A DNA stretch of 64,000 nt from Eledone cirrhosa (lineage: Eukaryota). The position numbers and the translations under genes are program-made. Positions 42,470 to 56,488 of this stretch are shown piece by piece (the first letter of the stretch is position 1; each line of letters opens with the position of its first letter). The stretch is taken from positions 6,572,001 through 6,636,000 of the forward strand of contig OZ024763.1 in assembly GCA_964016885.1 (NCBI GenBank). The letters are read 5' to 3'. Below the pieces are notes generated by a model that ran no database searches, was not told the DNA's origin, and worked only from the letters and a program-made list of their open reading frames with translations.

Positions 42470-43130
42470 TGTGTGAATATGTGTGTGGATGTATGCGTGT
42501 GTGTTTGTGTGAATGTATGTGTGTGTTTGTGTGAATGTATGTGTGTGTTTGTGTGAATATATGCTTGTGTGAATGTATGTGTGTTTGTGTGAATGTATGT
42601 GTGTGTGTGTTTGTGTGAATGTATGTGTGTGTTTGTGTGAATGTATGTCTGTGTTTGTGTGAATGTATGTGTGTGTTTGTGTGAATGTATGTGTGTGTTT
42701 GTGTGAATGTATGTGTGTGTTTGTGTGAATGTATGTGTGTGTTTGTGTGAATGTATGTGTTTGTGTGAATGTATGTCTGTGTTTGTGTGAATGTATGTGT
42801 GTGTTTGTGTGAATGTATGTGTGTGTTTGTGTGAATGTATGTCTGTGTTTGTGTGAATGTATGTGTGTGTTTGTGTGAATGTATGTCTGTGTTTGTGTGA
42901 ATGTATGTGTGTGTTTGTGTGAATGTATGTGTTTGTGTGAATGTATGTCTGTGTTTGTGTGAATGTATGTGTGTGTGTGTTTGTGTGAATGTATGTGTGT
43001 GTTTGTGTGAATGTATGTGTTTGTGTGAATGTATGTGTGTGTTTGTGTGAATGTATTTGTGTGAATGTATGTGTGTGTTTGTGTGAATGTATTTGTATGA
43101 ATGTATGTTGAATGTGTGTATGTGTGTGAA
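42470..43130. repeat. About 22-bp minisatellite GTGTGAATGTATGTGTGTGTTT
   Basis: Direct inspection. Confidence 0.9.
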
Positions 43131-43477
43131 TGTATGTCTGATATTATTGTAAGTGTGTTTGTGTTTGTGTTTGTTCGTTTACATTTATAAATATTGTGTC
43201 AGTCACTTAAACGCCAAGAAAACTGGGATAAATACTGACTCTATGAGACTCAGGGCTTGAGAAAGACTTTAGACTTAGAGTCAAATACTCAGCTCAATTT
43301 ACGTTAATCCACTTTGCCCTTCCCACACCCCACACATTTACTGTGATTGAACCTAAATTAGAAATCTACATGTTAGAACGTACGTAGCTTTCAGTACACC
43401 AAGAGTAAAATAACCAGGTGTATCCACTGAATGACTGAATAGTGGTCTGGAGTTCGATCTCACTGCATGGCATCTTA

Positions 43478-43862
43478 GACAAACCGTCTTTTATATATGT
43501 CGCCTTCATTGTCACATCTGGAAGTCTTTTTTACCACAGACTCGTGTCAAATCATCTTTTGTATATGCCGCCATCATTGTGACATCTGGAAGTCTTTTTT
43601 TTTCACAGACTCTTGTCAAACCATCTTTTGTATATGCCGCCATCATTGTGACATCTGGAAGTCTTTTTTTTCACAGACTCTTGTCAAACCATCTTTTATA
43701 TATGCCGCCACCATTGGGACATCTGGAAGACTTTATTACCATAGCCTCGTGTCAAACCATCTTTTATATATGCCACCACCATTGGGACATCTGGAAGTCT
43801 TTTTTACCATACCTCGTTGCAAACCATCTTTTATATATGCCACCACCATTGGGACATCTGGA
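43478..43862. repeat. About 69-bp tandem repeat, 5-6 copies, next to a SINE-like B box
   Basis: GTCAAACCATCTTTT.TATATGCCGCCA.CATTG.GACATCTGGAAG repeats, with GGAGTTCGATCTC at 43449. Confidence 0.8.
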
Positions 43863-44056
43863 AGGACCAAAGCGGATTTACAGAGGACTGACAATAAGGA
43901 CAGTGGAAATGAGTTGCTACATCATCATCATCATCATCTTATTGACCCATATCACCTGATAGAGTTGTATTGACGTGTGTGTATGTATATTATATTTTTA
44001 TCAGGGACGGTGGAAGCAATTCTGAATTGGTGGTGGTGGGGTGGTGTGGTGGTGGT

Positions 44057-44127
<71 letters not shown>

Positions 44128-44356
44128 AATATGGTCAATTTAGTTGCAGTGATTAGTTTAGCTGTTATTATCAAATATCAACCAAGACATAAAAAAAAGT
44201 TTCATATGTGATAAACATAACATGTACATATATTGTAGCGCTTATACAAATAGTTGTGTGTTTTGGTAGTTTGGGGAGAAATATATAATTAATGGGAGGT
44301 GGGGGGGGGGGGGGCATGTCCTCACCTATTAGGACCACCTCCATATATACACACAT

Positions 44357-44389
<33 letters not shown>

Positions 44390-44446
44390 CATAGATATAT
44401 ACATAGATATGTCTCTTTTCCAATCACTCTCTGACTCTCTCTCTCT

Positions 44447-44496
<50 letters not shown>

Positions 44497-45273
44497 ACAC
44501 ACACACACACACATATATATGAATGAATGTGTTTGTGTGTCTGAAGGAAAGGTCAAACTGTCATATGACACACACACACACTCCTTTACACTACCACACA
44601 CACACTACCATACACTGCCACACACACACACTACCATACACTGCCACACACACACACTACCATACACTGCCACACACACACACACACGCTGCCACACACA
44701 CACACTACCATACACTGCCACACACACACACACACTGCCCCACGCTGCCCCACACACCGCTCCTCCCTCATTGAGACAACTTATGGGAGGTGAAAAGATC
44801 AACTCCCGGTTTCTAAATTGAGGAGAATCAGGAAACAAAACACCTCTAAAGTGGTCTCGGGTGTAATATGGCGGTGTGGTGTGGTGTGGTGTGGTGTGGT
44901 GTGGTGTGGTGTGGTGTGGTGGTGGTGTGGTGTGGTGTGGTGGTGGTGTGGTGTGGTGTGGTGGTGGTGTGGTGGTGTGGTGGTGTGGTGGTGTGGTGGT
45001 GGTGTGGTGTGGTGGTGGTGTGGTGTGTGGTGTGGTGTGGTGTGGTGTGGTGTGGTGTGGTGGTGGTGTGGTGTGGTGTGGTGTGGTGTGTGGTGTGGTG
45101 TGGTGTGGTGTGGTGTGGTGTGGTGTGGTGTGGTGTGGTGTGGTGTGGTGTGGTGTGGTGTGGTGTGGTGTGGTGTGGTGTGGTGGTATGGTGTGGTGGT
45201 ATGGTGGTGGTGGTGGTGGTATGGTATTGGGTGTAATATGGTGGTGTGGCGAGAGAGAGGAGGGATATGTGTG

Positions 45274-45345
<72 letters not shown>

Positions 45346-45753
45346 ATGATGAAATTAAACTGGGACTATACCTATTACTTCCTTCCCCTCTTCCTTCTCT
45401 ATTTCACTCCGCACACACACACACACACATATATATAAAACATACGCACACATATATATATATAAAACACACACATATATATATACATATATATATATAT
45501 GTATTGTGTGGCGGACGTAATATGTATAGTCCCAGTTTAATTTCACCTCTCTCTCTTTATATTTATATACGGATATATAATATATATATATATATATATA
45601 ATATATATATATATGTATGTATATATATATATATATCCGTATATATGACTAAATAGTTATATATAGAACAACAGAGCTGCCCCCCCCTCTCTCTTCAAGA
45701 CGACCAACAGAATTACGTAAAAGGAAAGTCAAGCCAATTCTAACACACTCACT

Positions 45754-45806
<53 letters not shown>

Positions 45807-45851
45807 CATATATATACATATATACAGATGTACACATACATATAGATATTT

Positions 45852-45886
<35 letters not shown>

Positions 45887-45995
45887 CAGATGTACACATA
45901 CATATAGATATTTACACACACACATATATATATGTGAGACCCGGATTCAGTTTGCAACGTACTCAATATATTAGTTGAGTGTAAACATAATGTTT

Positions 45996-46070
45996 AATAT
46001 AGAAATAGCTTCTACAGGACTAGAACTGTTTCATTCACAGTTCTAGTTCTGTGGAAGCCATTTCTATATT
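45996..46070. repeat. Fold-back of an HHR 3' half (55011/56049 family)
   Basis: AATATAGAAATAGCTTCTACAGGACTAGAACTGT-TTCATTC-ACAGTTCTAGTTCTGTGGAAGCCATTTCTATATT. Confidence 0.8.
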
Positions 46071-46304
46071 TGCAGTACAGCAAGTACAATTCGATTTGTT
46101 TCAGGCAATCACAAAGCACTCAATGGATCGAAAGTTAAAAACAAACATTAAGTCCAGAGTTAAACACTGTAGTTATATAATGTGACACCAGGTTAACTGA
46201 CCCAGCACACAAACTACACATACAACATAACGACACATACACACACACATATATACACACGCACACACACACATACAACAATATAACGACACATACACAC
46301 ACAC

Positions 46305-46339
<35 letters not shown>

Positions 46340-46984
46340 TACAACATAACGACACATACACACACACATATATACACACGCACACACACACATACAACAA
46401 TATAACGACACATACACACACACATATATACACACGCACACACACACATACAACAATATAATGACACATACACACACACACATATATACACACGCACACA
46501 CACACATACAACAATATAACGACACATACACACACACATATATACACACGCGCACACACACACATACAACAATATAACGACACATACACACACACATATA
46601 TACACACGCACACACACACACACACACGCAAACATACACACTCACAACACACGCACACACACACGCAAACACCCACACGCAAACACACACACGCAAACAC
46701 ACACACGCAAACACACACACAAACACACACACACACGCAAACACCCACACGCGCAAACACACACACACACACATGCGCAAACACACACACGCACAGACCA
46801 CACACACACACACACACACACACACGTGTATGTGTTAAATGTCGGAGAAAACAATACATTTCTGAATACATGTACTTATTGGCTGACAACTTGTTTCTGA
46901 CACTTACCTTCTCTTTACTGGCTTGTAATCTGATTAACTAATCTCACCTCTTTGATTGGTTTATTTAATATTTGATATATATAT

Positions 46985-47052
<68 letters not shown>

Positions 47053-47187
47053 AATAAATATATATATATCGAATAAATTAAATTAACCGATATAAAAAAC
47101 ATAGAAGCGAAAACCAACCAAACAGTGAGTGTGTTCTGTTATTAATTCTGGGAATATTATTACAACAATATGACCCTCCCCAAGTAT

Positions 47188-47235
<48 letters not shown>

Positions 47236-47400
47236 TGGAGTAAATGTTTGATAGAAATATCCAATGGTAAAAGCACTCTGTCCATAGGATAATTACAAAA
47301 GTGACACAATAGGTACATCGCTTCCTGCCATGAAACAGAGATAAGCAGCGGTCAAATGAACTTTCCTGTACCTTTCCGACGGAATTACTTCATTCATATA

Positions 47401-47461
<61 letters not shown>

Positions 47462-47525
47462 GTGAGGTTTTATTTACAAAATGAAAAATAACCGAGGTGT
47501 CCTACACGAGTGAAAGTATAAAGAA

Positions 47526-47750
47526 AAAAAGATGAAATCGAAAATGCAACTGGAGTCTTATTTAAAAAAAATATATATATATTTATTTGGTTCCTTTACC
47601 GGTTTCGCAGTTCTTCTGCTTTTCAAAAGTAGGGTTGAGATGGAGGGTCTGTGGTTTTGCTCACATCTGCGAAACCGGTAAAGGAACCAAATAAATATAT
47701 ATATTTTTAAAAAAATAAGACTCCAGTTGCATTTTCGATTTCATCTTTTT
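47526..47750. repeat. Inverted repeat (about 85-bp arms) overlapping a variant HHR
   Basis: GATGAAATCGAAAATGCAACTGGAGTCTTATT..CCTTTACCGGTTTCGCAG is mirrored at 47667-47750. The left flank is shared with 35212-35340. Confidence 0.88.
47594..47629 (-). ncRNA. Minimal hammerhead with U3-A8 core variant
   Basis: rc: CTT TTGAAAA GCAG-AAGAA-CTGC GAAA CCGG TA AAG. Confidence 0.6.
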
Positions 47751-47778
47751 GTCTATATATATATATATATATATATAT

Positions 47779-47957
47779 AAAGTGACATAAACAGGTACTT
47801 AAGTTTCGTCGGCCTGTGGACCCTAACTCAGCCTGCCATAATAAAAATAAAAATAAAGGCGGCCATCTTTAGGTCATCTTTATTTTTATTTTTATTATGA
47901 CAGGCTGAGTTAGGGTCCACAGGCCAACAAAACTTAAGTACCTGTTTATGTCACTTT
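47779..47957. repeat. About 180-bp palindrome between (TA)n tracts with HHR-like arms
   Basis: Left arm rc: GGCAGG CTGAGTTA GGGTCCACAGGCCGAC GAAA CTTAAG TA CCTGTT. Core is atypical. Confidence 0.85.
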
Positions 47958-47959
47958 TG

Positions 47960-47995
<36 letters not shown>

Positions 47996-47999
<4 letters not shown>

Positions 48000-48178
48000 G
48001 TCTTAAGCCAGAAGGCTCATTTGATCGCTGCTTATCTCGGTTTCATGGCGGGAAGCGACTGAGAGTACAAGACTTCTCGCTGGACAGGACGCCAGTCCAT
48101 CGCTGGTACTCATTTACAGTTGAGTATACTGGACCAACGTGAAATGAAGTGTTTTGCTCAAGAACACAACACGCAACC
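47996..48178 (-). mobile_element. SINE family B, body and tail
   Basis: Overlaps both the 27482 (ACTGGA.CAACGTGAAAT.AAGTGT.TTGCTCAAG.ACAC) and 30315 segments. Confidence 0.75.
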
Positions 48179-48438
48179 CAATAATATATACATCTTTAAT
48201 ATATCAATATATATATCTTTAACACTAAATTATTAGTAACAATATACCGTAATTGCCGGCCTATTAGACGCCCCTTCGCATAAGACGCTTCCTCTTTTTT
48301 TAATAATATTTTTAATATTTTACCTTATATTTTTACGTTTATAGGCATTTTTATGGACTACGTACCATATTCGCGGTTTTTCACTCTTGGCAAGTGTTCT
48401 AGGAACGTAAGCCCTGCGAATACCGGGAACAACTGTAC

Positions 48439-48488
<50 letters not shown>

Positions 48489-48702
48489 AAATCAGTTCAT
48501 AGAGAGAAAAATCTAAAAATATTTATAAAATTTCCACGAAATATCTTTTCCTAATTTCTTTCAACAAAATGTTGTCATAACATCATTTTTTTTACAATAA
48601 TTTTGTGAAAATTCAAATTTAGTGTAAAAGTATTCAGGCAGAATTTAAGAAATGTTTTTTTTTCACTCTCCTTCTCACACACATGTATATATACATACAT
48701 AG

Positions 48703-48792
<90 letters not shown>

Positions 48793-48845
48793 GTATATAT
48801 ATATGTATATATGTATATATATATGTATATATGTATATATATATG

Positions 48846-48878
<33 letters not shown>

Positions 48879-49212
48879 GTATATATATATGTATATATAT
48901 GTATATATATATGTAAAAGTTCTATTTAAATTGTTGGGATACAACAAGCAAATATTTTTATAACTGATATAAAGCACTCAACAAGTATTTGGAGTAAACA
49001 TACGATATTAACAAATGGAAACTATATTTATAAAACCATATCTATTTTATTATACATACCTCAAGGACACCATGTCAAATTACGGTATGCTTTCATCAGA
49101 CAATACAATATATATCGATTTTACAACCCAACCAGGAACTGGGCGTATCAGAGTATTGACAAAGTTATACACCTCAACAACATATGTACTTGTCTATACC
49201 ACACTAATTCGG

Positions 49213-49267
49213 ACTGCCTGAAGAGGTCACAGCCAAAGATGGCTGTCACCGAAATATATATAGCAGT
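49213..49267 (+). ncRNA. Type I hammerhead ribozyme (minimal stem III)
   Basis: ACTGC CTGAAGA GGT-C-ACAGCCA-AAGA-TGGCTGT-C-ACC GAAA TATATA TA GCAGT. Perfect stem I, 10-bp stem II, AUA triplet. Confidence 0.88.
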
Positions 49268-49447
49268 AATAAACGAAGCTAAATTTTAAACATTTGACTT
49301 ATTTATTTTACTTTATTTTACATTACTCCGGAGTAACCAAACCAACCTGCGCACTTCGTCGAGTGCTCCAGCCTGCATACTGAGGTGTTGGTATACAACC
49401 AACATATACTCAAAATCTCTCTCTCTATATATATATATATATTTATA

Positions 49448-49528
<81 letters not shown>

Positions 49529-49551
49529 GTATATATATATATATATTTATA

Positions 49552-49582
<31 letters not shown>

Positions 49583-49759
49583 TTAGAAATTTATTTGTGT
49601 ATATTTATCTGTGTATATATATTTATATATATATATATCTGTGTATATATATATCTGTGTATATTTATCTGTGTATATATATTTATAATTATAGATCTAT
49701 ATCTGTGTATATATATCTGTATATTTATCTGTATATATATATATATGTATATATATATG

Positions 49760-49806
<47 letters not shown>

Positions 49807-49835
49807 TTATATATATATTTATATATATATATATT

Positions 49836-49886
<51 letters not shown>

Positions 49887-50225
49887 ATATATATACATAT
49901 GATATTCAAAACAACGAACAGCGGAGGACACGTTTCGCACCTTTCCGACAGAAACCCCCCCCCCCCGGAAAAAACCCCAGTTGATGGATGTGAATCCGAA
50001 ATATATAGGGACAATTAAATCTCTGCCAAGGTAACTCTTTCTCGTGTTGTTATTTTTATTTTTATCCTTTACGCCCTTTCCTTCATTCCTCTACACGCTA
50101 CAGTCTTATACACGCCACGCATCTCAATGTACACCCACTTACATCTCTCTCTCCACCACCGGATCTTGTTACCCGGAGATTTACCCATCTGCATTGTCGA
50201 GGCTTCCAAACGACTTAAAGAAATT

Positions 50226-50295
<70 letters not shown>

Positions 50296-50323
50296 GCATA
50301 TATGTGTATGTATATATACAAGC

Positions 50324-50367
<44 letters not shown>

Positions 50368-50373
50368 TTATAC

Positions 50374-50404
<31 letters not shown>

Positions 50405-50468
50405 CATGCATATATATATATATATATATATACACGCATATATATATATATTTATATATATATATACA

Positions 50469-50512
<44 letters not shown>

Positions 50513-50633
50513 CATGTATATATACATATACATATATGCATGTATATATACATATACATATACATACATATACATACTGTAAAACTCATTCTCTGATATA
50601 CTCATTGAATCTTGTTTAAATCTTTAATATATT

Positions 50634-50683
<50 letters not shown>

Positions 50684-51239
50684 AATATTTATATATATGT
50701 ATATATATATGTATATATACATGCATATATACACACACACACATATATATATATATTTGCACACACACATACACACAACTGTACTTACATTACACCATAT
50801 CACCAGCAGTTAACGATGAAACATCTGTTGTGAGTCTTTGCCACTCTACTTGTGTGTGTGTGTATGTGATGTGTGTGTGTGTGGTGTGTGTGTATGGTGT
50901 GGTGTATGTGATGTGTGTGTGTGGTGTGTGTGTATGGTGTGGTGTATGTATGGTGTGGTGTGTATGTGATGTGTGTATGTGATGTGTGTGTATGGTGTGG
51001 TGTGTATCTGATGTGTGTGTATGGTGTGGTGTATGTATGGTGTGGTGTGTATCTGATGTGTGTGTATGGTGTGGTGTATGTATGGTGTGGTGTGTATCTG
51101 ATGTGTGTGTATGGTGTGGTGTGTATGTGATGTGTGTGTGTGTGGTGTGGTGTGTATGTGGTGTGTATTATGTGGTGTGTATGTGATGTGTGTGTTTATA
51201 TGTGTGCACGTTAATGGCTCGTTTGTTATTGTAGGTATG

Positions 51240-51279
<40 letters not shown>

Positions 51280-51299
51280 GTTGTTGTTTAATGTAGTAT

Positions 51300-53352
51300 A
51301 GTATAGTGGTGTGGTGTAGTGTAGTGTGGTGTGGTGTAGTGTGTTGCAGTGTGGTGTGGTGTGGTGTGTTGCAGTGTGGTGTGGTGTGGTGTGGTGTGTT
51401 GCAGTGTGGTGTAGTGTAGTGTGGTGTGGTGTGGTGTGGTGTGTTTCAGTGTGGTGTGGTGTAGTGTGGTGTGGTGTAGTGTAGTGTAGTCTGGTGTGGT
51501 GTAGTGTGGTGTAGTGTGTTGCAGTGTGGTGTGGTGTAGGGTAATGTGGTGTGGTGTAGTGTGTAGTGTAGGGTAGTGTGGTGTGGTGTGGTGTGGTGTG
51601 TTGCAGTGTGTTGCAGTGTAGTGTGGTGTAGTGTAGTGTAGTCTGGTGTGGTGTAGTGTAGTGTGGTGTAGTGTGGTGTAGTGTGTTGCAGTGTGGTGTG
51701 GTGTAGGGTAATGTGGTGTGGTGTAGTGTGTAGTGTAGGGTAGTGTGGTGTAGTGTAGTGTGGTGTGGTGTAGTGTAGTGTGGTGTAATGTAGTGTGGTG
51801 TGGTGTAGTGTGTTGCAGTGTGGTGTGGTGTGGTGTGGTGTAGTGTAGTGTGGTGTGGTGTAGTGTGTTGCAGTGTGGTGTGGTGTGGTGTGGTGTAGTG
51901 TAGTGTGGTGTGGTGTAGTGTGTTGCAGTGTGGTGTGGTGTGGTGTGGTGTGGTGTAGTGTAGTGTAGTCTGGTGTGGTGTAGTGTAGTGTGGTGTAGTG
52001 TGGTGTAGTGTGTTGCAGTGTGGTGTGGTGTAGGGTAATGTGGTGTGGTGTAGTGTGTAGTGTAGGGTAGTGTGGTGTGGTGTAGTGTAGTGTGGTGTAG
52101 TGTAGTGTGGTGTGGTGTAGTGTGTTGCAGTGTGGTGTGGTGTAGTGTAGTGTGGTGTGGTGTAGTGTAGTGTAGTGTAGTGTAGTGTAGTGTAGTGTGG
52201 TGTAGTGTGTTGCAGTGTGGTGTAGTGTGGTGTAGTGTGTTGCAGTGTGGTGTAGTGTAGTGTAGTGTGGTGTAGTGTGTTGCAGTGTGGTGTGGTGTGG
52301 TGTGGTGTGGTGTAGTGTAGTGTAGTCTGGTGTGGTGTAGTGTAGTGTGGTGTAGTGTGGTGTAGTGTGTTGCAGTGTGGTGTGGTGTAGGGTAATGTGG
52401 TGTGGTGTAGTGTGTAGTGTAGGGTAGTGTGGTGTGGTGTAGTGTAGTGTGGTGTAGTGTAGTGTGGTGTGGTGTAGTGTGTTGCAGTGTGGTGTGGTGT
52501 AGTGTAGTGTGGTGTGGTGTAGTGTAGTGTAGTGTAGTGTAGTGTAGTGTAGTGTGGTGTAGTGTGTTGCAGTGTGGTGTAGTGTGGTGTAGTGTGTTGC
52601 AGTGTGGTGTAGTGTAGTGTAGTGTAGTGTGGTGTAGTGTGTTGCAGTGTGGTGTAGTGTAGTGTAGTGTAGTGTAGTGTAGTGTGGTGTAGTGTGTTGC
52701 AGTGTGGTGTAGTGTAGTGTAGTGTAGTGTAGTGTAGTGCAGTGTAGTGTGTTGCAGTGTGGTGTAGTGTAGTGTGGTGTAGTGTAGTGTGGTGTGGTGT
52801 AGTGTGTTGCAGTGTGGTGTAGTGTAGTGTAGTGTGGTGTGGTGTAGTGCAGTGTAGTGTGGTGTAGTGTGTTGCAGTGTGGTGTAGTGTAGTGTGGTGT
52901 AGTGTAGTGTGGTGTGGTGTAGTGTGTTGCAGTGTGGTGTAGTGTAGTGTGGTGTAGTGTAGTGTGGTGTGGTGTAGTGTAGTGTGGTGTAGTGTAGTGT
53001 GGTGTGGTGTAGTGTGTTGCAGTGTGGTGTAGTGTAGTGTAGTGTGGTGTGGTGTAGTGTAGTGTAGTGTGGTGTAGTGTGTTGCAGTGTGGTGTAGTGT
53101 AGTGTAGTGTAGTGTAGTGTAGTGCAGTGTAGTGTGTTGCAGTGTGGTGTAGTGTAGTGTGGTGTAGTGTAGTGTGGTGTGGTGTAGTGTGTTGCAGTGT
53201 GGTGTAGTGTAGTGTGGTGTAGTGTAGTGTGGTGTGGTGTAGTGTGGTGTGGTGTAGTGTGTTGCAGTGTGGTGTAGTGTAGTGTAGTGTGGTGTGGTGT
53301 AGTGTAGTGTAGTGTGGTGTAGTGTGTTGCAGTGTAGTGTGATGTAGTGTAG
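51300..53352. repeat. 2-kb (GTGTA/GTGTG) pentamer satellite with higher-order blocks
   Basis: Pentamer array punctuated by GTTGCA, AGTCTGG and AGGGTAAT variants. Confidence 0.95.
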
Positions 53353-53628
53353 TATTGTTTTCTTGTTCTTTACGTTGTAAATATATAATGCATGTATGTT
53401 TGTATGTATGTGTATGTATGTTATACATGTGTTTATGTATGTATGGTATATATGTATATGAATGTGTATAAATGTGTGTATGTATGTGTATATGTAAGTA
53501 TACGTGTATATGTAAGTATACGTGTATATGTAAGTATACGTGTATAAAATCAATCGCAACAGCAATAATAACTGCAACAAAGGCAATAATCACAAGAAGT
53601 GAAAATAGCAATAAAAAGTCAAACTAAA

Positions 53629-53777
<149 letters not shown>

Positions 53778-53778
53778 A

Positions 53779-53860
<82 letters not shown>

Positions 53861-53865
<5 letters not shown>

Positions 53866-54045
53866 GTGGTAAGGAACCAGGTGGACCATAACGCACCAGA
53901 GTACTCGATACTTAGGGTAGTAGAGTGGGTAATAGGAAAAGAGCCAGGACCCCGACGGCAGAGCTCAAGTTGTTTCGACGGCTACTTCTAGTCTAGAAAT
54001 AGCCGTCGAAACGGCTTGAGCTCTGCGGTCGGGGTTAAACATTTT
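53861..54045. mobile_element. (TA)n-flanked element with fold-back HHR fragment (hairpin 53949-54035)
   Basis: Same family as 32601 and 20311. ACCCCGAC..TTTCGACGGCTA.TTCTAG-T-CTAGAAATAGCCGTCGAAACGG..GTCGGGGT. Confidence 0.8.
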
Positions 54046-54198
54046 CCTATATAAATCTATAGTATAAAGTTGATAGTATATATACATATATATATACACA
54101 CATATATATATATATATGCATACATATATATATATATATAGTATAAAGTTGATAGTATATATACACATATATATATATATACACATATATATATATAT

Positions 54199-54232
<34 letters not shown>

Positions 54233-54299
54233 GTCTATATATATATATATATATAGTATAAAGTTGATAGTATATATATATATATATATATACACACAC

Positions 54300-54343
<44 letters not shown>

Positions 54344-54494
54344 TAAAGTTGATAGATTATATATATATATATATATATATAGTATAAATTTAATAGTGTA
54401 TATAGTATATATAGTATATATAGTTGGTATGTTAGTAAAACAATAACATTAGTAGTAAAATGACCAAAAAGTAAAGTTACTAAGTAAAAAGGAA

Positions 54495-54561
<67 letters not shown>

Positions 54562-54742
54562 TGTATGTATATATTATATATTTAACTTACTGTATGACAT
54601 AAAACAATATCAGCTGCTACTCCGTTCCACTACTGATGTCGTTTGTGAATGTGGAAACTGTTGTATGGTGTGGGGTGGTGTGAAGTAGTTTGGTGTAGTG
54701 TGCTGGCTGGTTGGTTGGTTGTTGGTTTTGTGTATGTATGTA

Positions 54743-54773
<31 letters not shown>

Positions 54774-54820
54774 TATGAAATACTGTGTGCTTCTTGGTCA
54801 TAATAATTTCTATAATTTTC

Positions 54821-54904
<84 letters not shown>

Positions 54905-54953
54905 CCGAATTTACTTGCAAACCGCCAGAGATTCGATTTTACTATTTTCCAAT

Positions 54954-55001
<48 letters not shown>

Positions 55002-55010
55002 ATAGAAGGA

Positions 55011-55059
55011 ACTTCTACAGGACTAGTACTGTTTCATTCAGATGAAATCTTCAGGAAGC
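55011..55059 (-). ncRNA. Type I hammerhead ribozyme
   Basis: rc: GCTTC CTGAAGA T-TTC-ATCT-GAA-T GAAA CAG-TACTAGTC-CTG TA GAAGT. Confidence 0.8.
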
Positions 55060-55219
55060 AGTACCTTACTTACTGTGTTTATCCCCGACTCAACCCGGGA
55101 CCTACGTATATATATATATATTTATTTATTAGGGCTCAGTTTTGTTCCCTCTCTCTCTATCCTTCTCTCTCTCGCCCAGTCTCTCTCTCCCGCCCTCTCT
55201 CTCTCTCTCTGTGAATATA

Positions 55220-55277
<58 letters not shown>

Positions 55278-55364
55278 CATACATGAAAATGTGCAAGTCC
55301 CAAATGCGCAAATAATTGTCATAACTGTCGATCAATATAAATGATAGGTGAAAAAGTTGGGACA

Positions 55365-55524
<160 letters not shown>

Positions 55525-55535
55525 TATATATATAT

Positions 55536-55752
<217 letters not shown>

Positions 55753-55786
55753 CATATATATGTATATATATATATACATATATATG

Positions 55787-55954
<168 letters not shown>

Positions 55955-55973
55955 CATATATATACATATATAT

Positions 55974-56021
<48 letters not shown>

Positions 56022-56048
56022 ATTTATATATATATATTTTAATATATG

Positions 56049-56099
56049 AGCTTCCTGATGATTTCTCACGAATGAAACAGTTCTAGTTCTGTAGAAGCT
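56049..56099 (+). ncRNA. Type I hammerhead ribozyme
   Basis: AGCTTC CTGATGA T-TTC-TCAC-GAA-T GAAA CAG-TTCTAGTT-CTG TA GAAGCT. Perfect 6-bp stem I. Confidence 0.85.
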
Positions 56100-56230
56100 G
56101 TTCTATATTAAAACATTTATCCTCTGCTACGTATTGAGTACCTTACTTACTGTGGTTACCTCCGATTCAACCCGGAATAACTTAGATAGATAACAATAGA
56201 GTCTATATACTATTATCTATATTATATATA

Positions 56231-56488
56231 GGTTGACTTTGCCTTTCATCCTTACGGGGTCGATAAAATAAAGTACCAGTAATGCACTGGGGTAATTGCT
56301 GGCCTTGTGCCAATAGTAGACACAATTGTCTATATTATATATAGATAATTACTATAGATAATAATTGTTTCTACTTTAGGCACAAGGCCAGAAATTACCC
56401 AGTGTATTACTGGTACTTTATTTTATCGACCCCGTAAGGATGAAAGGCAAAGTCAACCTCGGCGGGATTTGAACTCAGATCGTAAAGA
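56231..56488. mobile_element. Tail-to-tail inverted pair of SINE A copies
   Basis: Plus copy at 56231-56330 and minus copy at 56362-56488. Confidence 0.8.

Noticed and set aside
49975-50010. CCC CAGTTGA T GGAT-GTGA-ATCC GAAA TATA TA GGG
   Set aside because: Two core substitutions. Probably a decayed HHR and not counted as a ribozyme.
51226-53611. 786-aa and 721-aa His/Thr/Tyr ORFs, and all YI/HT/CV-repeat ORFs in the track
   Set aside because: Stop-free translations of microsatellites, with no domain content.
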